The translations under genes and the position numbers were made by a program. Below the pieces are notes generated by a model that worked only from the letters and a program-made list of their open reading frames with translations, did not search any database and was not told the DNA's origin. Of a DNA stretch of 44,496 nt, positions 34,719 to 44,450 are shown piece by piece. Numbering within the stretch: position 1 is the stretch's first letter; each line of letters opens with the position of its first letter. This DNA comes from an uncultured Synergistales bacterium (GTDB taxonomy: Bacteria; Synergistota; Synergistia; Synergistales; Aminobacteriaceae), in the NCBI GenBank assembly GCA_937897575.1, contig CALCQG010000058.1:1-44496 (forward strand), written 5' to 3'.

Positions 34719-36041
34719 GTGAGAAAAGAAGAGCTCATACGGACAGTTTTTGATGCCGGCATCGTCGGAGCTGGAGGAGCGGGCTTCCCGACACACAGGA
34801 AGTTTACCGCTGAAGGCATCGACACCTACTTGATCAACGGCATCGAGTGCGAACCCCTTCTTGAAGGGGATTGCTACATGATGGCTCATAAGGCGGACTC
34901 GCTGGTACGGGCTGCCCGCGCTGTCGAGGAGGCCCTGGGAGCAAAGACGGTGTTCTGCCTGAAGGCGAAGCACGACGAGGCCGTCCAGGCCCTACGAAGT
35001 GCGGGAGCGGAGGTCATCGCCTGCAAGGACTACTACCCTCTGGGCGACGAGGTCATCATGATCTACGAAGCGCTCGGGCGCATCGTCCCGGAGGGAGGGC
35101 TGCCGCTCGACGTCGGCGTCGTCGTGAACAACGTGGAGACGCTCTACAACATCGACGAAGCGCTCCAGGGGCGCCCAGTCATGCACTCCTTCGTCTCCAC
35201 GGGAGGCGCCGTGGCCAGGAAGGGGTTGTTCCGCGTCCCTCTGGGGACGAGCGTCCGGACTCTTCTCGAGGCGGCTGGGGGCGTGACGATCGACAACGCC
35301 GTCTACGTGGACGGGGGCCCCATGATGGGGGTGTATCATGACACCCCCGATTTTTCCGTCACGAAGACGATGAAGGCGATCCTCGCCCTTCCCGGCGACT
35401 CATTGCTGGCGCGGATGGAGCGGATGCCCGTTGAAACGATGCTGAAGCAGGCGAGGGTGTGCTGCTGTCAATGCAATCAGTGCACGCTCGTGTGCTCTCG
35501 GGACCTGGTGGGTTTTCATCTCGAGCCTCACCAGATCATGAGGGCCATGGCCTTTCAAGGCGTTCGCAACGAATCGGTCATGAAGATGGCCATGCTGTGC
35601 TCGGAGTGCAATCTCTGCAGCGCGCTCCACGCTTGTCCCATGGGGTTGAGTCCGAGGCGGGTCAACATGCAGATCAAGAAGGCCTTCAGGGAGCAGGGAA
35701 TCACTCCGCGGTTCGAGCGCCGGGAGATGCAGGCACACCCGCTCAGGGACTACCGGCTTGTCCCCAGCGAACGCCTGAAGGAGCGCCTCGGTCTCATCCA
35801 GTACGAAGCGGAGCCCTATGAGTATTATGGAGATCTGGAGGTGGACAGGGTAGCTATTCCTCTCAAACAGCACGCGGGTCCACCGGCCAGCCCCATCGTG
35901 GTCGCGGGTGATGCCGTTGAGCTCGGGCAGTGTATTGCCACCCCCTTGGAAGGAGCTCTTGGCGCAAGAATTCATGCCTCCATAGGGGGTGTAGTAGACG
36001 CCGTGACTCCGGAACAGATTGTACTGAGCAGACAGAGGTGA
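34719..36041 (+). CDS. pduS: PduS-like flavin/Fe-S oxidoreductase (RnfC-related)
   Basis: AGIVGAGGAGFPTH, NGIECEPLL, YP.GDE, GGPMMG; CCQCNQC...C and CSECNLC....CP clusters; PLKQHAG, IHASI.G. Confidence 0.9.
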   Translation: MRKEELIRTVFDAGIVGAGGAGFPTHRKFTAEGIDTYLINGIECEPLLEGDCYMMAHKADSLVRAARAVEEALGAKTVFCLKAKHDEAVQALRSAGAEVIACKDYYPLGDEVIMIYEALGRIVPEGGLPLDVGVVVNNVETLYNIDEALQGRPVMHSFVSTGGAVARKGLFRVPLGTSVRTLLEAAGGVTIDNAVYVDGGPMMGVYHDTPDFSVTKTMKAILALPGDSLLARMERMPVETMLKQARVCCCQCNQCTLVCSRDLVGFHLEPHQIMRAMAFQGVRNESVMKMAMLCSECNLCSALHACPMGLSPRRVNMQIKKAFREQGITPRFERREMQAHPLRDYRLVPSERLKERLGLIQYEAEPYEYYGDLEVDRVAIPLKQHAGPPASPIVVAGDAVELGQCIATPLEGALGARIHASIGGVVDAVTPEQIVLSRQR

Positions 36042-36046
36042 CCTGG

Positions 36047-36595
36047 ATGCCAACAGCGATAGCGACAATGGAACTCATCAGCGTGGCACGGGGCGTGCTC
36101 GCCACAGACAGGATGCTCAAAGCGGCGCAAGTGACCCTGTATGAATCTCACCCCATCTGCCCTGGCAAGTTCGTCATCATCATCGGAGGCGAGGTCGGAG
36201 CCGTAGACGCGTCCTTGCGGGCGGGCATACGCGCGGGGGCGGAGGCTGTCAGCGACCATATGCTTCTCCCCAACGTGCATCAGGATGTCTTCCGTGCCCT
36301 TGCCGGCGCTACGGAGATCCCCCGCTCCCACGCCATGGGCGTGGTGGAGACCATGGCGGCCCCCTGCGCCATCGAGGGGGCGGATGCCGCTGCCAAGGCA
36401 GCCAACATCTCCCTTGTGGAGATTCGTCTCGGACGTGGACTTGGTGCGAAGTCCTACTTCACCTTCGTGGGGGACGTGGCGGATGTTCATGAAGCGTCCG
36501 AGGCGGCCAGGAGGGTCATCGAGCCGAAGGGGTTGCTGGTGGATATTGTGGAGATCACGGGGCCGCACCCCGATCTTTCGATAGCAGGGCTGTAA
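36047..36595 (+). CDS. pduT: BMC-T shell protein PduT-like
   Basis: Tandem BMC domains; ICPGKF (pore Fe-S Cys of PduT), GLGAKSY. Confidence 0.9.
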   Translation: MPTAIATMELISVARGVLATDRMLKAAQVTLYESHPICPGKFVIIIGGEVGAVDASLRAGIRAGAEAVSDHMLLPNVHQDVFRALAGATEIPRSHAMGVVETMAAPCAIEGADAAAKAANISLVEIRLGRGLGAKSYFTFVGDVADVHEASEAARRVIEPKGLLVDIVEITGPHPDLSIAGL

Positions 36596-36606
36596 AGGAG
36601 CACACG

Positions 36607-36975
36607 ATGAGCGGACCGATCCCGAAACAGGGCATGGACGAGAAGACACGGCTGATCCAGGAGTACGTTCCGGGTAAGCAGGTGACCCTTGCGCACCTCA
36701 TAGCCAACCCGCAGCAGGACCTGTGCAAAAGCATCGGGGTGGAGGAGAGCGGCATCGCCATCGGGATCATGACGATTACTCCGGGTGAAGGCGCCATCAT
36801 CGCCGGCGACATCGCATCCAAAGCGGCCACAGTTCGCCTCGAGTTCGTGGATCGCTTCACGGGATGCCTCATGATGACGGGTTCCGTGGCCGAGGTTGAG
36901 ACCGCTTTGATGGAGTCCGTTGCCGGGTTGCAGCGCATTCTGAACTTCTTCCCCTGCGCTGTGACCAAGACATGA
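36607..36975 (+). CDS. eutS: Permuted BMC-H shell protein EutS/PduU
   Basis: [43 protein letters not shown]. Confidence 0.93.
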   Translation: MSGPIPKQGMDEKTRLIQEYVPGKQVTLAHLIANPQQDLCKSIGVEESGIAIGIMTITPGEGAIIAGDIASKAATVRLEFVDRFTGCLMMTGSVAEVETALMESVAGLQRILNFFPCAVTKT

Positions 36976-37421
36976 CGTCCTCTTCAGCGAAGAGGAGAAT
37001 CATGGTCGTCGGCCCCGTTGGAGCAGGCAAGTCGACGCTCCTGAAGGCCCTCGGCCTTCGGGACACCCCTGTCCGGAAAACGGAGTCCGTTGAGTTCTAC
37101 AGCGCGGCGGTGGATACGCCCGGCGAGGCCTTCGAAATACCCACGCTGTATCACATGCTGATCATGTCGTCGATGAAGGCCTCCCTCATCCTTCTGCTCG
37201 CGGACCCGACGAAGAGAAAACGATTCCCCTCCCGTTTCGCCCTTTCCATGCGAGCCCCGTCCGTGGGGGTTGTGACGAAAATCGACGCAGCCAGCGAGGA
37301 GCAGATTGAGAGCGCGGAGAAGGCGCTGCTCCAGTGTGGTGTCAAAAAGATATTCAGGCTCTCGTCGAAGACGGGCGAGGGGATGGACGATTTTCGTTCC
37401 TTTCTCGCGGGGCTCTCCTGA
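36972..37421 (+). CDS. eutP: EutP/PduV family P-loop protein
   Basis: [32 protein letters not shown]. Confidence 0.9.
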   Translation: MTSSSAKRRIMVVGPVGAGKSTLLKALGLRDTPVRKTESVEFYSAAVDTPGEAFEIPTLYHMLIMSSMKASLILLLADPTKRKRFPSRFALSMRAPSVGVVTKIDAASEEQIESAEKALLQCGVKKIFRLSSKTGEGMDDFRSFLAGLS

Positions 37422-37624
37422 GAAAAACGCCCCCTTCCCCTATCGTGTCGGAAGACACCCGGTTTCGCACGACTCCCTCTTGAGACTCGTCCTTCGCTGT
37501 GCTCTTTTCGGGTATTCGGGCAGCACCCCTCGACAGACGTCGAAAGATCCTCCCTCGTCAGGCGCAGAACGAAAAAAGGACAGTGCAAGTTTCTCCCGCC
37601 ACCCGCTTCGTCCTCATCGGTGTT

Positions 37625-38134
37625 CTACTCCGCCGTCGAATAGCCTTTCTCGAAGGCTTCCCGGCTTCCTGGGCGCAGGGAGCGGGCGGCGACCCTCTCT
37701 TCGATGAGGGAGACGACGGTCTCTTTTGCCACGGGGCGGGCCAGGGCGACCAGGACGCCGAGGGCCGCGAGGTTGCCTCCGAGGGAGGCGATGGGGCAGC
37801 CTCTCTGTCGCGCCCGGCAGTCGGCCGACGGGGTCACCGCCTCGCTGTCGTAGATCAGCAGGGCCTTTTCCCCGAGGAGAGGCGCATACCGGTCATAGGC
37901 GACCTGAGCGAGGCAGAGGACCGCGTCGGGGTCCGTCGCCTCGATGAAGTCGATGTCCCCGTCGCTGAGGATGACGTCGGATTTCGTGAAGGTCCCCCTG
38001 GCCTCCGTGCCGTAGGAGGACGACATGCAGGCGTTTCGTCCCTCGCGCACCGCCGCCTCGCCGAGGATCCCCGCAATGGTGACGAGCCCCTGGTCCCCCA
38101 CGCCGGCCAGGACGATCTCCAATCGCTCCTTCAT
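37625..38134 (-). CDS. 2-oxoacid:ferredoxin oxidoreductase gamma subunit
   Basis: EIVLAGVGDQGLV, SSYGTEARG, SDVILSD; ATG overlaps the beta stop. Confidence 0.88.
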   Translation of the reverse strand: MKERLEIVLAGVGDQGLVTIAGILGEAAVREGRNACMSSSYGTEARGTFTKSDVILSDGDIDFIEATDPDAVLCLAQVAYDRYAPLLGEKALLIYDSEAVTPSADCRARQRGCPIASLGGNLAALGVLVALARPVAKETVVSLIEERVAARSLRPGSREAFEKGYSTAE

Positions 38135-38955
38135 GACAGCTCCTCCATTTCTCCGGCCGATGCGGTGACCCGGCCGTACCGTGTGCCGTAATCCTCCGAC
38201 GGTCTGTCGCGGACGGTCCCGAGGAGGAATTTCCCTTTCAGCTCCTCCTCGGACAAGCGTTTTGCCCCTTCGATGGAGAGAGCGTTCTCCCGGAGCCATC
38301 GGAACATCTCCGTGGGGTTCTTCTTTTTGTTGCGCCTCCCGAAGTGGGTGGGGCAGACCGATATGGCCTCCACGAAGGAGAACCCCTTCCGCGAGAGCCC
38401 CGTGCGGACGAGCTCCCGGAGCTTCCCCCCTTCGGCGACGGACCCTCGGGCCACATAGGGGGCTCCGGCCGCCGCGGCGAGGGCGCAGAGGTCGAAGCCG
38501 TCCTCCACGTGGCCGTAGGGCGAGGTGGAGGTGTAGCTTCCCTGGGGCGTCGTCCCCGAGTACTGGCCGCCCGTCATGCCGTAGTTCAGATTGTTCACCA
38601 CCACGGCGGTGAGGTCCACGTTGCGCCGGGCGGCGTGGATGAGGTGGTTTCCGCCGATGGTGGCCCCGTCGCCGTCGCCCATGAGGACCACTACGGTGAG
38701 CTCGGGGTTGGCCAGCTTGATGCCCGTGGCGAAGGCCAGGGCCCGGCCGTGGGTGCCGTGGAATCCGTTCACGTTCAGGTAGTCGTCGGCCCAGCCCCAG
38801 CAGCCGATGCCCGAGACGGCCACGGTCTTCTTCCTGTCCAGGCCGAGGTCGGCGAAGGCGAGGGCGATGGCCTTCAGGACGATGCCGTTGCCGCAGCCGC
38901 CGCACCATATGGTGGGGAAACGTTTTTCCACGAGGTAGTCCCGATAGGTCCTCAT
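38131..38955 (-). CDS. 2-oxoacid:ferredoxin oxidoreductase beta (TPP-binding) subunit
   Basis: WCGGCG, SGIGC, HGRA...ATG.K, GDGDG..IGGNH, NN.NYGMTGGQ.S.TT. Confidence 0.93.
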   Translation of the reverse strand: MRTYRDYLVEKRFPTIWCGGCGNGIVLKAIALAFADLGLDRKKTVAVSGIGCWGWADDYLNVNGFHGTHGRALAFATGIKLANPELTVVVLMGDGDGATIGGNHLIHAARRNVDLTAVVVNNLNYGMTGGQYSGTTPQGSYTSTSPYGHVEDGFDLCALAAAAGAPYVARGSVAEGGKLRELVRTGLSRKGFSFVEAISVCPTHFGRRNKKKNPTEMFRWLRENALSIEGAKRLSEEELKGKFLLGTVRDRPSEDYGTRYGRVTASAGEMEELS

Positions 38956-40081
38956 GAGCGTACCTCCTCCAGACGGGCCAGAATCTCCGCCGGGGTGATG
39001 AGCAGTCCGTCCACGCGGTTGACTCCGAGGACGGGGATCTGATAGTCGTTCAGCTGTCGAACCGTGTCGATCACCTGGCCGAGGTTCAGCTCGGGGACGA
39101 TGGCGGCGCGGACGTGGGCGAGAAGGTGCCGGACCTCATTCTCGGGAAAGGGCCAGAGGGTGAGGAGCTCCAGCCTCGGCGTCTTGCCTCCCGTACCGCC
39201 GCACGGGCGGACCGAGCGGAGCACCCGAAGGAGATGACGGCGATCTCGGCGTCATCGAGGTCGTATTCCCGAACCTGGACGATGGAGGAACGGTTCTTCT
39301 CGATCTTGTCCGTCAGATGGTGGATCACCTGGTCCGCGTTGGCCGGCGATGCGGCCTGACCTCCGGCGTCATCGTGCATGGAGCCCGTGATACGGTAGAC
39401 GTAGTCGCCGCCGAAGGGAGCAAGGGGAGTGATGACCCGCTCCTCGGGGTCGACGGCGAAGGGGCGGTACTCATCGGGTGGGCAGGCGGGGAGCGGTCGC
39501 ATGGCTCGCTCCGCCTCGGGGACGGGGTGAAGTGAGGCGCGTTCCTTCAGTTTGGCGATGGCGGCGTCGGCGAGGAGCACCACGGGCGTTCGGAAGCGGT
39601 CGGCGATGGCGAAGGCGCAGAGAGTGAGGTAGTAGCAGTCCTCCACCGACGAGGGCGAGAGGACCACGATGCCGTGGTCGCCGTGGGTCCCCCACCGGGC
39701 CTGCATCACATCCCCCTGGGCCGGCTTGGTTGCCATGCCGGTGGATGGCCCCGACCGCTGGACGTTGACGATGACGCAGGGGATCTCCCCCATGACCGCC
39801 ACGCCGAGGTTCTCCTGCATGAGGGAGAACCCTGGTCCGCTCGTTGCGGTGAAGGCCCTCTTCCCCGCCACGGACGCTCCGATGATTGCGGCCATGCTCG
39901 ACAGCTCGTCCTCCATCTGGACGTACATGCCCCCCACCTGGGGAAGGCGCCGCGCAGCCGTCTCGGCGACCTCCGAGGAGGGGGTGATGGGGTATCCCGC
40001 GTAGAACCGGGCCCCCGCCGCGATGGCTCCCTCCGCTATGGCCTCGTTGCCCGAGATGAATTGCCAGGTTTTGTTTTCCAT
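38952..40081 (-). pseudogene. 2-oxoacid:ferredoxin oxidoreductase alpha subunit, frameshifted near 39173
   Basis: GNEAIA, YAGYPITPSSE, EDELSS, TATSGPGFSLM, QRSGPSTG in one frame; the C-terminus LWPFP...VPELNLGQ is in another frame ending at 38952. Confidence 0.85.
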
Positions 40082-40120
40082 GCTCTGTCCTCCTCTGGAC
40101 GATGGTGGCGCAATCTGTCG

Positions 40121-41026
40121 TTACAGGACCTCGTGTGGCGCAATACTCCCCTTTTGGGACGGGGAGAGGAACGAGATGCCCAGGAAGATCAGCGCGACGC
40201 CGGCGAGAGAGAGGGGCGTCAAGCGCTCTCCGAGGACGACGGCGGAGAGGATGCAGGCCGTGAGAGGTTCCACCAGGGCAAGGGTATAAGCGTCCCGGAG
40301 GAGAACCCGCTGCACGCCGTAGGCGAAGACGCTCAGGGGCACGGCCATGCTCACGATCCCGAGCGCCGTGGCGACGACGGCCCCTCTCGGAGTGAGGAGC
40401 CAGGAGGAGTCAAGGGCAAGCAGCACGGGCAGACCGACCAGGGCGCCGCCCGCCAGGGTGACGGCCGAGGCCTCCAGCGGGGTCATGGCGGCCCCCTGCC
40501 GTTTTATTCCGAGCCCCATGAAGACGGTGCTGAAGGCGGCAAGGACGGCCAGGGCCACCCCCGACCACCGGGCGGTCATCACGCCGCCTCCGGCGAAGGC
40601 CAACAGGGTGCACCCCGTCACGGCTACCCCGGTGGAAAGCCCCCAGCGCGGCGAGAGCGGCTCCTTCTCCAGCAGAAAGCCGACCAGCCCGCCGAACATG
40701 GGGATGGCCCCGATGGCGATCATGGTGCCCACTGCGACCCCCGTCAGCTTGAGGGCCGAGAAGAAGGCGAACTGGTAGCCCATCATCCCGATTACAGCCA
40801 TGATAAGCGGAGCGAGCCTCGTTTTTTTCAGGAAGGCCGGTCCCGTCCGAAGGAGGCAGAGGGTCAGCAACAACACCCCGGACACCACGATCCGGACGGA
40901 CCCGAGGGTGAGCGGGGGCGCGTCCGCGGGGGCCAGCGCCTGGAGCGTTCCCGTGGTCCCCCAGCATACGCCCGCCAGGAGCAGGAGGGCAACGCCCGCT
41001 CGCCGTTCCGTTCTCTCCCTGTCCAT
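40121..41026 (-). CDS. EamA/DMT family transporter
   Basis: WGTTGTLQA, YQFAFFSA, GVAVGTMIAIG, LVEPLTA..L...VLGERL; ~10 TM segments. Confidence 0.92.
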   Translation of the reverse strand: MDRERTERRAGVALLLLAGVCWGTTGTLQALAPADAPPLTLGSVRIVVSGVLLLTLCLLRTGPAFLKKTRLAPLIMAVIGMMGYQFAFFSALKLTGVAVGTMIAIGAIPMFGGLVGFLLEKEPLSPRWGLSTGVAVTGCTLLAFAGGGVMTARWSGVALAVLAAFSTVFMGLGIKRQGAAMTPLEASAVTLAGGALVGLPVLLALDSSWLLTPRGAVVATALGIVSMAVPLSVFAYGVQRVLLRDAYTLALVEPLTACILSAVVLGERLTPLSLAGVALIFLGISFLSPSQKGSIAPHEVL

Positions 41027-41071
41027 GACCTCCCCCCTTTCCCGTGACGATTGTGCCCTAACAGAAGCTCC

Positions 41072-41971
41072 CTATGGGTGTTCCTCCGACGCGCCGCCGC
41101 CCTGGGAGGACGGGAGCAGCAGGATGCCGAGGAAGATGAGCCCTACGCCCACGAGGGAGAGGGGCGTCAATCGCTCTCCGAGGACGACGGCGGAGAGGAT
41201 GGTGGCCGTGAGGGGCTCCGCCAGAGAGAGCGTGTAGGCGTCGTGCATGCGGATCTTCTTGAGCCCCATGGAGAATGTGCACAGGGGCAGGGCCTTGGTC
41301 ACCACGCCGAGGGTTACGGCGATGGTCGCCCCCCTCGGGGTGAAGATCCAGGACGAATCGAAGGACAGAAGCACGCCGATCGCCACAATGGCCGAGGTGA
41401 CGAGGATCGAAGTGGCGGCCTCCAGGGAGTTCATGGAGGACCCCAGCCGCTTCAGGCCCAGACCCATGAGGGCGTAGCAGAAGGCGGCCAGGAAGGCGAG
41501 GGAGATGCCCCCCCAGTGCAGGGTGAGGGGGCCTTGGGCGCTCCCGAGGACGAGGATGCCGCATCCGGAGATGGCCACCGCCGTGGAGAGGAGCCAGCGC
41601 CTTGAGATGGCCTCCCCCTCCGCCACGGCTCCCACTATGCCTGCGAAGATCGGGCCCGCGCCGATGGCGATCATGGTCCCCAGCGCGACCCCTGTGTACC
41701 GCAGCGCGGAGAAGAAGGAGAACTGGTATCCCATGATGCCCACGACGCCGAGGAGAAGGGCGGCGGGACGTATCCTCCGCAGGAAGCCCACGCCGTTCCT
41801 GAGGGCACAGAGGGGGAACAGGACGATCGCCGCGATGACGATACGCGCGCTGCCCACCGTGAGCGGAGGCGTGCCGTCGGGGGCGAGGGCCTGCAGGGTC
41901 CCAGTCAGCCCCCAGCAGACGCTCGAGATGAGGACAAGGATGATGCCCAACTGTCTGTCGTTCTTCACCAT
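41072..41971 (-). CDS. EamA/DMT family transporter
   Basis: WGLTGTLQA, YQFSFFSA, LAEPLTA, VLGERL; paralogue of the neighbouring gene. Confidence 0.92.
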   Translation of the reverse strand: MVKNDRQLGIILVLISSVCWGLTGTLQALAPDGTPPLTVGSARIVIAAIVLFPLCALRNGVGFLRRIRPAALLLGVVGIMGYQFSFFSALRYTGVALGTMIAIGAGPIFAGIVGAVAEGEAISRRWLLSTAVAISGCGILVLGSAQGPLTLHWGGISLAFLAAFCYALMGLGLKRLGSSMNSLEAATSILVTSAIVAIGVLLSFDSSWIFTPRGATIAVTLGVVTKALPLCTFSMGLKKIRMHDAYTLSLAEPLTATILSAVVLGERLTPLSLVGVGLIFLGILLLPSSQGGGASEEHP

Positions 41972-42032
41972 GATGATCCGTTTCTCCTTGTCCTGAAGGG
42001 TATGCCCCCGGGGTACGGAATGGAGCGCATGT

Positions 42033-42428
42033 TCAGCTGCCCCTGGTCACCCGGACGCCCTTTTTCGCGAACCAGGCGGAGGCTCGTTCGATCTGGTCGC
42101 CCTGAAGAACGACCCTGTCTCCCTCCACGGTACCTCCGCACCCCAACGCGGTTCTGAGCTCCTTCGCGAGCCCCTCGAGGTCGGAAGGGACTCCCTCCCC
42201 GAAGGAGAGGGCGGTGACGGTCTTGCCGCCCCGGCCCTTGGTCTCCCGGGCCAGGATCACCCGACCCGGCAGGGTCCCCCTCTTCGATCCGGACACGGGC
42301 GCCGGAGGGGGTGGTTCCTTTCGCGCCTCGTCCGTGGCCGCCTTCTCCCGGCCGAGGAGGGCCCCCAGGGAGAGGGTCAGGGGTCCGGTCTCGTCCGTGG
42401 GGACGGCGTTCTTTTTCTCCCGTTTCAT
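42033..42428 (-). CDS. yciH: SUI1 family translation initiation factor (YciH-like)
   Basis: RETKGRGGKTVT, LAKELRTALGCGGTV, LQGDQ. Confidence 0.88.
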   Translation of the reverse strand: MKREKKNAVPTDETGPLTLSLGALLGREKAATDEARKEPPPPAPVSGSKRGTLPGRVILARETKGRGGKTVTALSFGEGVPSDLEGLAKELRTALGCGGTVEGDRVVLQGDQIERASAWFAKKGVRVTRGS

Positions 42429-42522
42429 CCTATCGGCTCCCGGTCTGTGGAATGTCTCATGCATTTCATTCTACCCCAAGGAGGGCTACAATAGGGCATG
42501 AGTGAGGGAAGGAAGTGGCGCG

Positions 42523-43710
42523 ATGCGGTGGGTCGGGTGGATACTGTTGTCCCTTTCGTTTCAGGTGGCGTACCTCGTCCGGCTTTCGGCCGGAGTGCTC
42601 CGCGACGTGCTCACGGCGGAGTTTGCCCTCTCGGCCTCGTCCTTCGGCCTCATGTCCTCCATGGTGTTCTACTCCTATATGGCGATGCAGATCCCCGTGG
42701 GCATCCTCGCCGACACCAAGGGGGTCCGCTCGACGGTGGGGTGGGAGATGATGGTGGCTGCCCTGGGGGCGGTCCTCTTCGCCGCTGCATCATCGGTTCC
42801 CATGCTCTTCCTTGGCCGCGTCCTCATGGGAATAGGGGTGGCGGGGGTCTTCGTGTGCACCATGCGGTTTCTCGCGAACCAGTTCGAGGGCGGCATCTTC
42901 GGCCCCCTTTCGGGGATCACCTCGTTCATCGGCAACGCCGGAGCCATCGTCGCCCAGACGCCTCTCGCCCTGCTCGTCGCCTCCACGTCATGGCGGACGG
43001 CGTTCTTCATCATAGGGGGACTCTGCTTCGCCCTCGCCGTCTCCTGCTTTCTCATCCTCCCGAAGGGGGAGAGGGGCGCTCCCTTCTCCTTCGACGCCCT
43101 GTTCGAGGGGATCGGGGACATCATGCGAAACCGCGGCCTCTACCCCGTGGCGGTGGCCTACCTCGGGAGCTCGGCGTGCCCTCTCGCGCTCACCGGGACC
43201 TGGGGGGTCTCATGGTTCTCCCAGGTCCGGGGGTCGGAGGACGGGCCTCTGGCGGTCACCGTGATAGCCGTTGGCATCATGTTCGGCACCATGGCCGCCG
43301 GGCGTCTCTCGGACAGGATGAAGAGCAGGAGGAAGCCCCTGCGCCTCTTCTCCGGGCTGCATGCCCTGTCCTGGGGGGCCTTCACTTTCTTCGGCGCCAC
43401 CGTCCCCTCTTCCGTCCTCGGAGTGCTGCTCTTCTGCCTGGGGTTCTTCTCGGGCTTCCTCGTGATCCACTGGTCCATGGGGAAGGAGCTGAACCCTCCA
43501 TCGCGCACAGGGCTCGCCATCTCCGTGCTGAACACCTTCGCGTTCCTCGGGGTGGCCCTGCTCACGTCCCTCATCGGAGTCCTTCTCGACGCGGGGGCCG
43601 GGCTTCCCATCGCCCAGGCCTACCGGAACGCGTTCCTCCTGCCCTTCGGGGTGGCCGTCGCCGCTTTTGTGGCGGCCCTGGCGGCCCCCGAGACCTACGG
43701 CCGCCGATAG
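42523..43710 (+). CDS. MFS transporter
   Basis: FYSYMAMQIPVGILADTKGVR, GRVLMGIG, GRLSDRMKSRR; ~12 TM segments. Confidence 0.92.
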   Translation: MRWVGWILLSLSFQVAYLVRLSAGVLRDVLTAEFALSASSFGLMSSMVFYSYMAMQIPVGILADTKGVRSTVGWEMMVAALGAVLFAAASSVPMLFLGRVLMGIGVAGVFVCTMRFLANQFEGGIFGPLSGITSFIGNAGAIVAQTPLALLVASTSWRTAFFIIGGLCFALAVSCFLILPKGERGAPFSFDALFEGIGDIMRNRGLYPVAVAYLGSSACPLALTGTWGVSWFSQVRGSEDGPLAVTVIAVGIMFGTMAAGRLSDRMKSRRKPLRLFSGLHALSWGAFTFFGATVPSSVLGVLLFCLGFFSGFLVIHWSMGKELNPPSRTGLAISVLNTFAFLGVALLTSLIGVLLDAGAGLPIAQAYRNAFLLPFGVAVAAFVAALAAPETYGRR

Positions 43711-43714
43711 GCTG

Positions 43715-44450
43715 CTAGCTCTCCCGGGAGACGGAGAGCAGCAGGATGCCGAGGATGATGAGGGCGCCCCCGACCATGGAAACCGTGGCTAGGCGCTCCC
43801 CCAGGAACGCCGCGGAGAGCGCGCAGGCGGTGAGCGGTTCCACCAGGGCGAGGGTGTAGGCGTCTCCCATGCGCAGGTTTCGCAGGCCGTAGGAGAAGGC
43901 GGTGAAGGGCAGGGCCATGGTGCCGATGCCGAGGGCCGCTCCGATGAGGGCCCCCCTCGCGGTGAAAATCCATGAGGAGTCCCACAGGAAGAGCACGACA
44001 AGCCCCACCAGGGCGCTGCCCGCCAGAGTGACCGTCGTGGCCTCCAGCGGGCCCACGGAATCCGATTGCCGCTTGAGCCCGAGGCCGAGGAAGGCGGAGC
44101 TCAGCGCCGCGAGGAACGCCAGGGCCACGCCGCCCCACTGGATGGACAGGTCCCCCCTCTGCCCGCCCAGGGAGAGGAGGACGCACCCCGTCACCGCCAC
44201 GGCCGTGGAGAGCCACCATCGCCGGGAGAGGGGCTGCCCCTCCAGCGTCGCGCCCAGAAATCCGGCGAACATGGGGATGGCCCCGATGGCGATCATGGTG
44301 CCCACAGAGACGCCCGTCAGCCTGAGGGCCGAGAAGAAGGCGAACTGATACCCCATCATCCCGGCCACGGCCGTGATCAGAGGGCCGGGGCGCGTCTTTT
44401 TCAGGAAGCCGGGGCCTCTTTTGAGGAGGCAGAAGGCCAGCATGAAGGCA
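43715..44450 (-). pseudogene. 5'-truncated EamA/DMT family transporter
   Basis: Paralogue of 40121-41026 lacking the first ~50 aa; similarity stops at ~44450, where AT-rich sequence begins. Confidence 0.75.

Noticed and set aside
37422..37624. att site or direct repeat matching the left boundary of the block
   Set aside because: Only 7-8-nt matches (TCGTCAGG, TCGTGTC), which are expected by chance; no tRNA or integrase is present.
38135..38908. N-terminal part of the 427-aa ORF 37625-38908 as an extended gamma subunit
   Set aside because: It is an alternative frame over the beta gene; gamma homology starts at the ATG at 38134.
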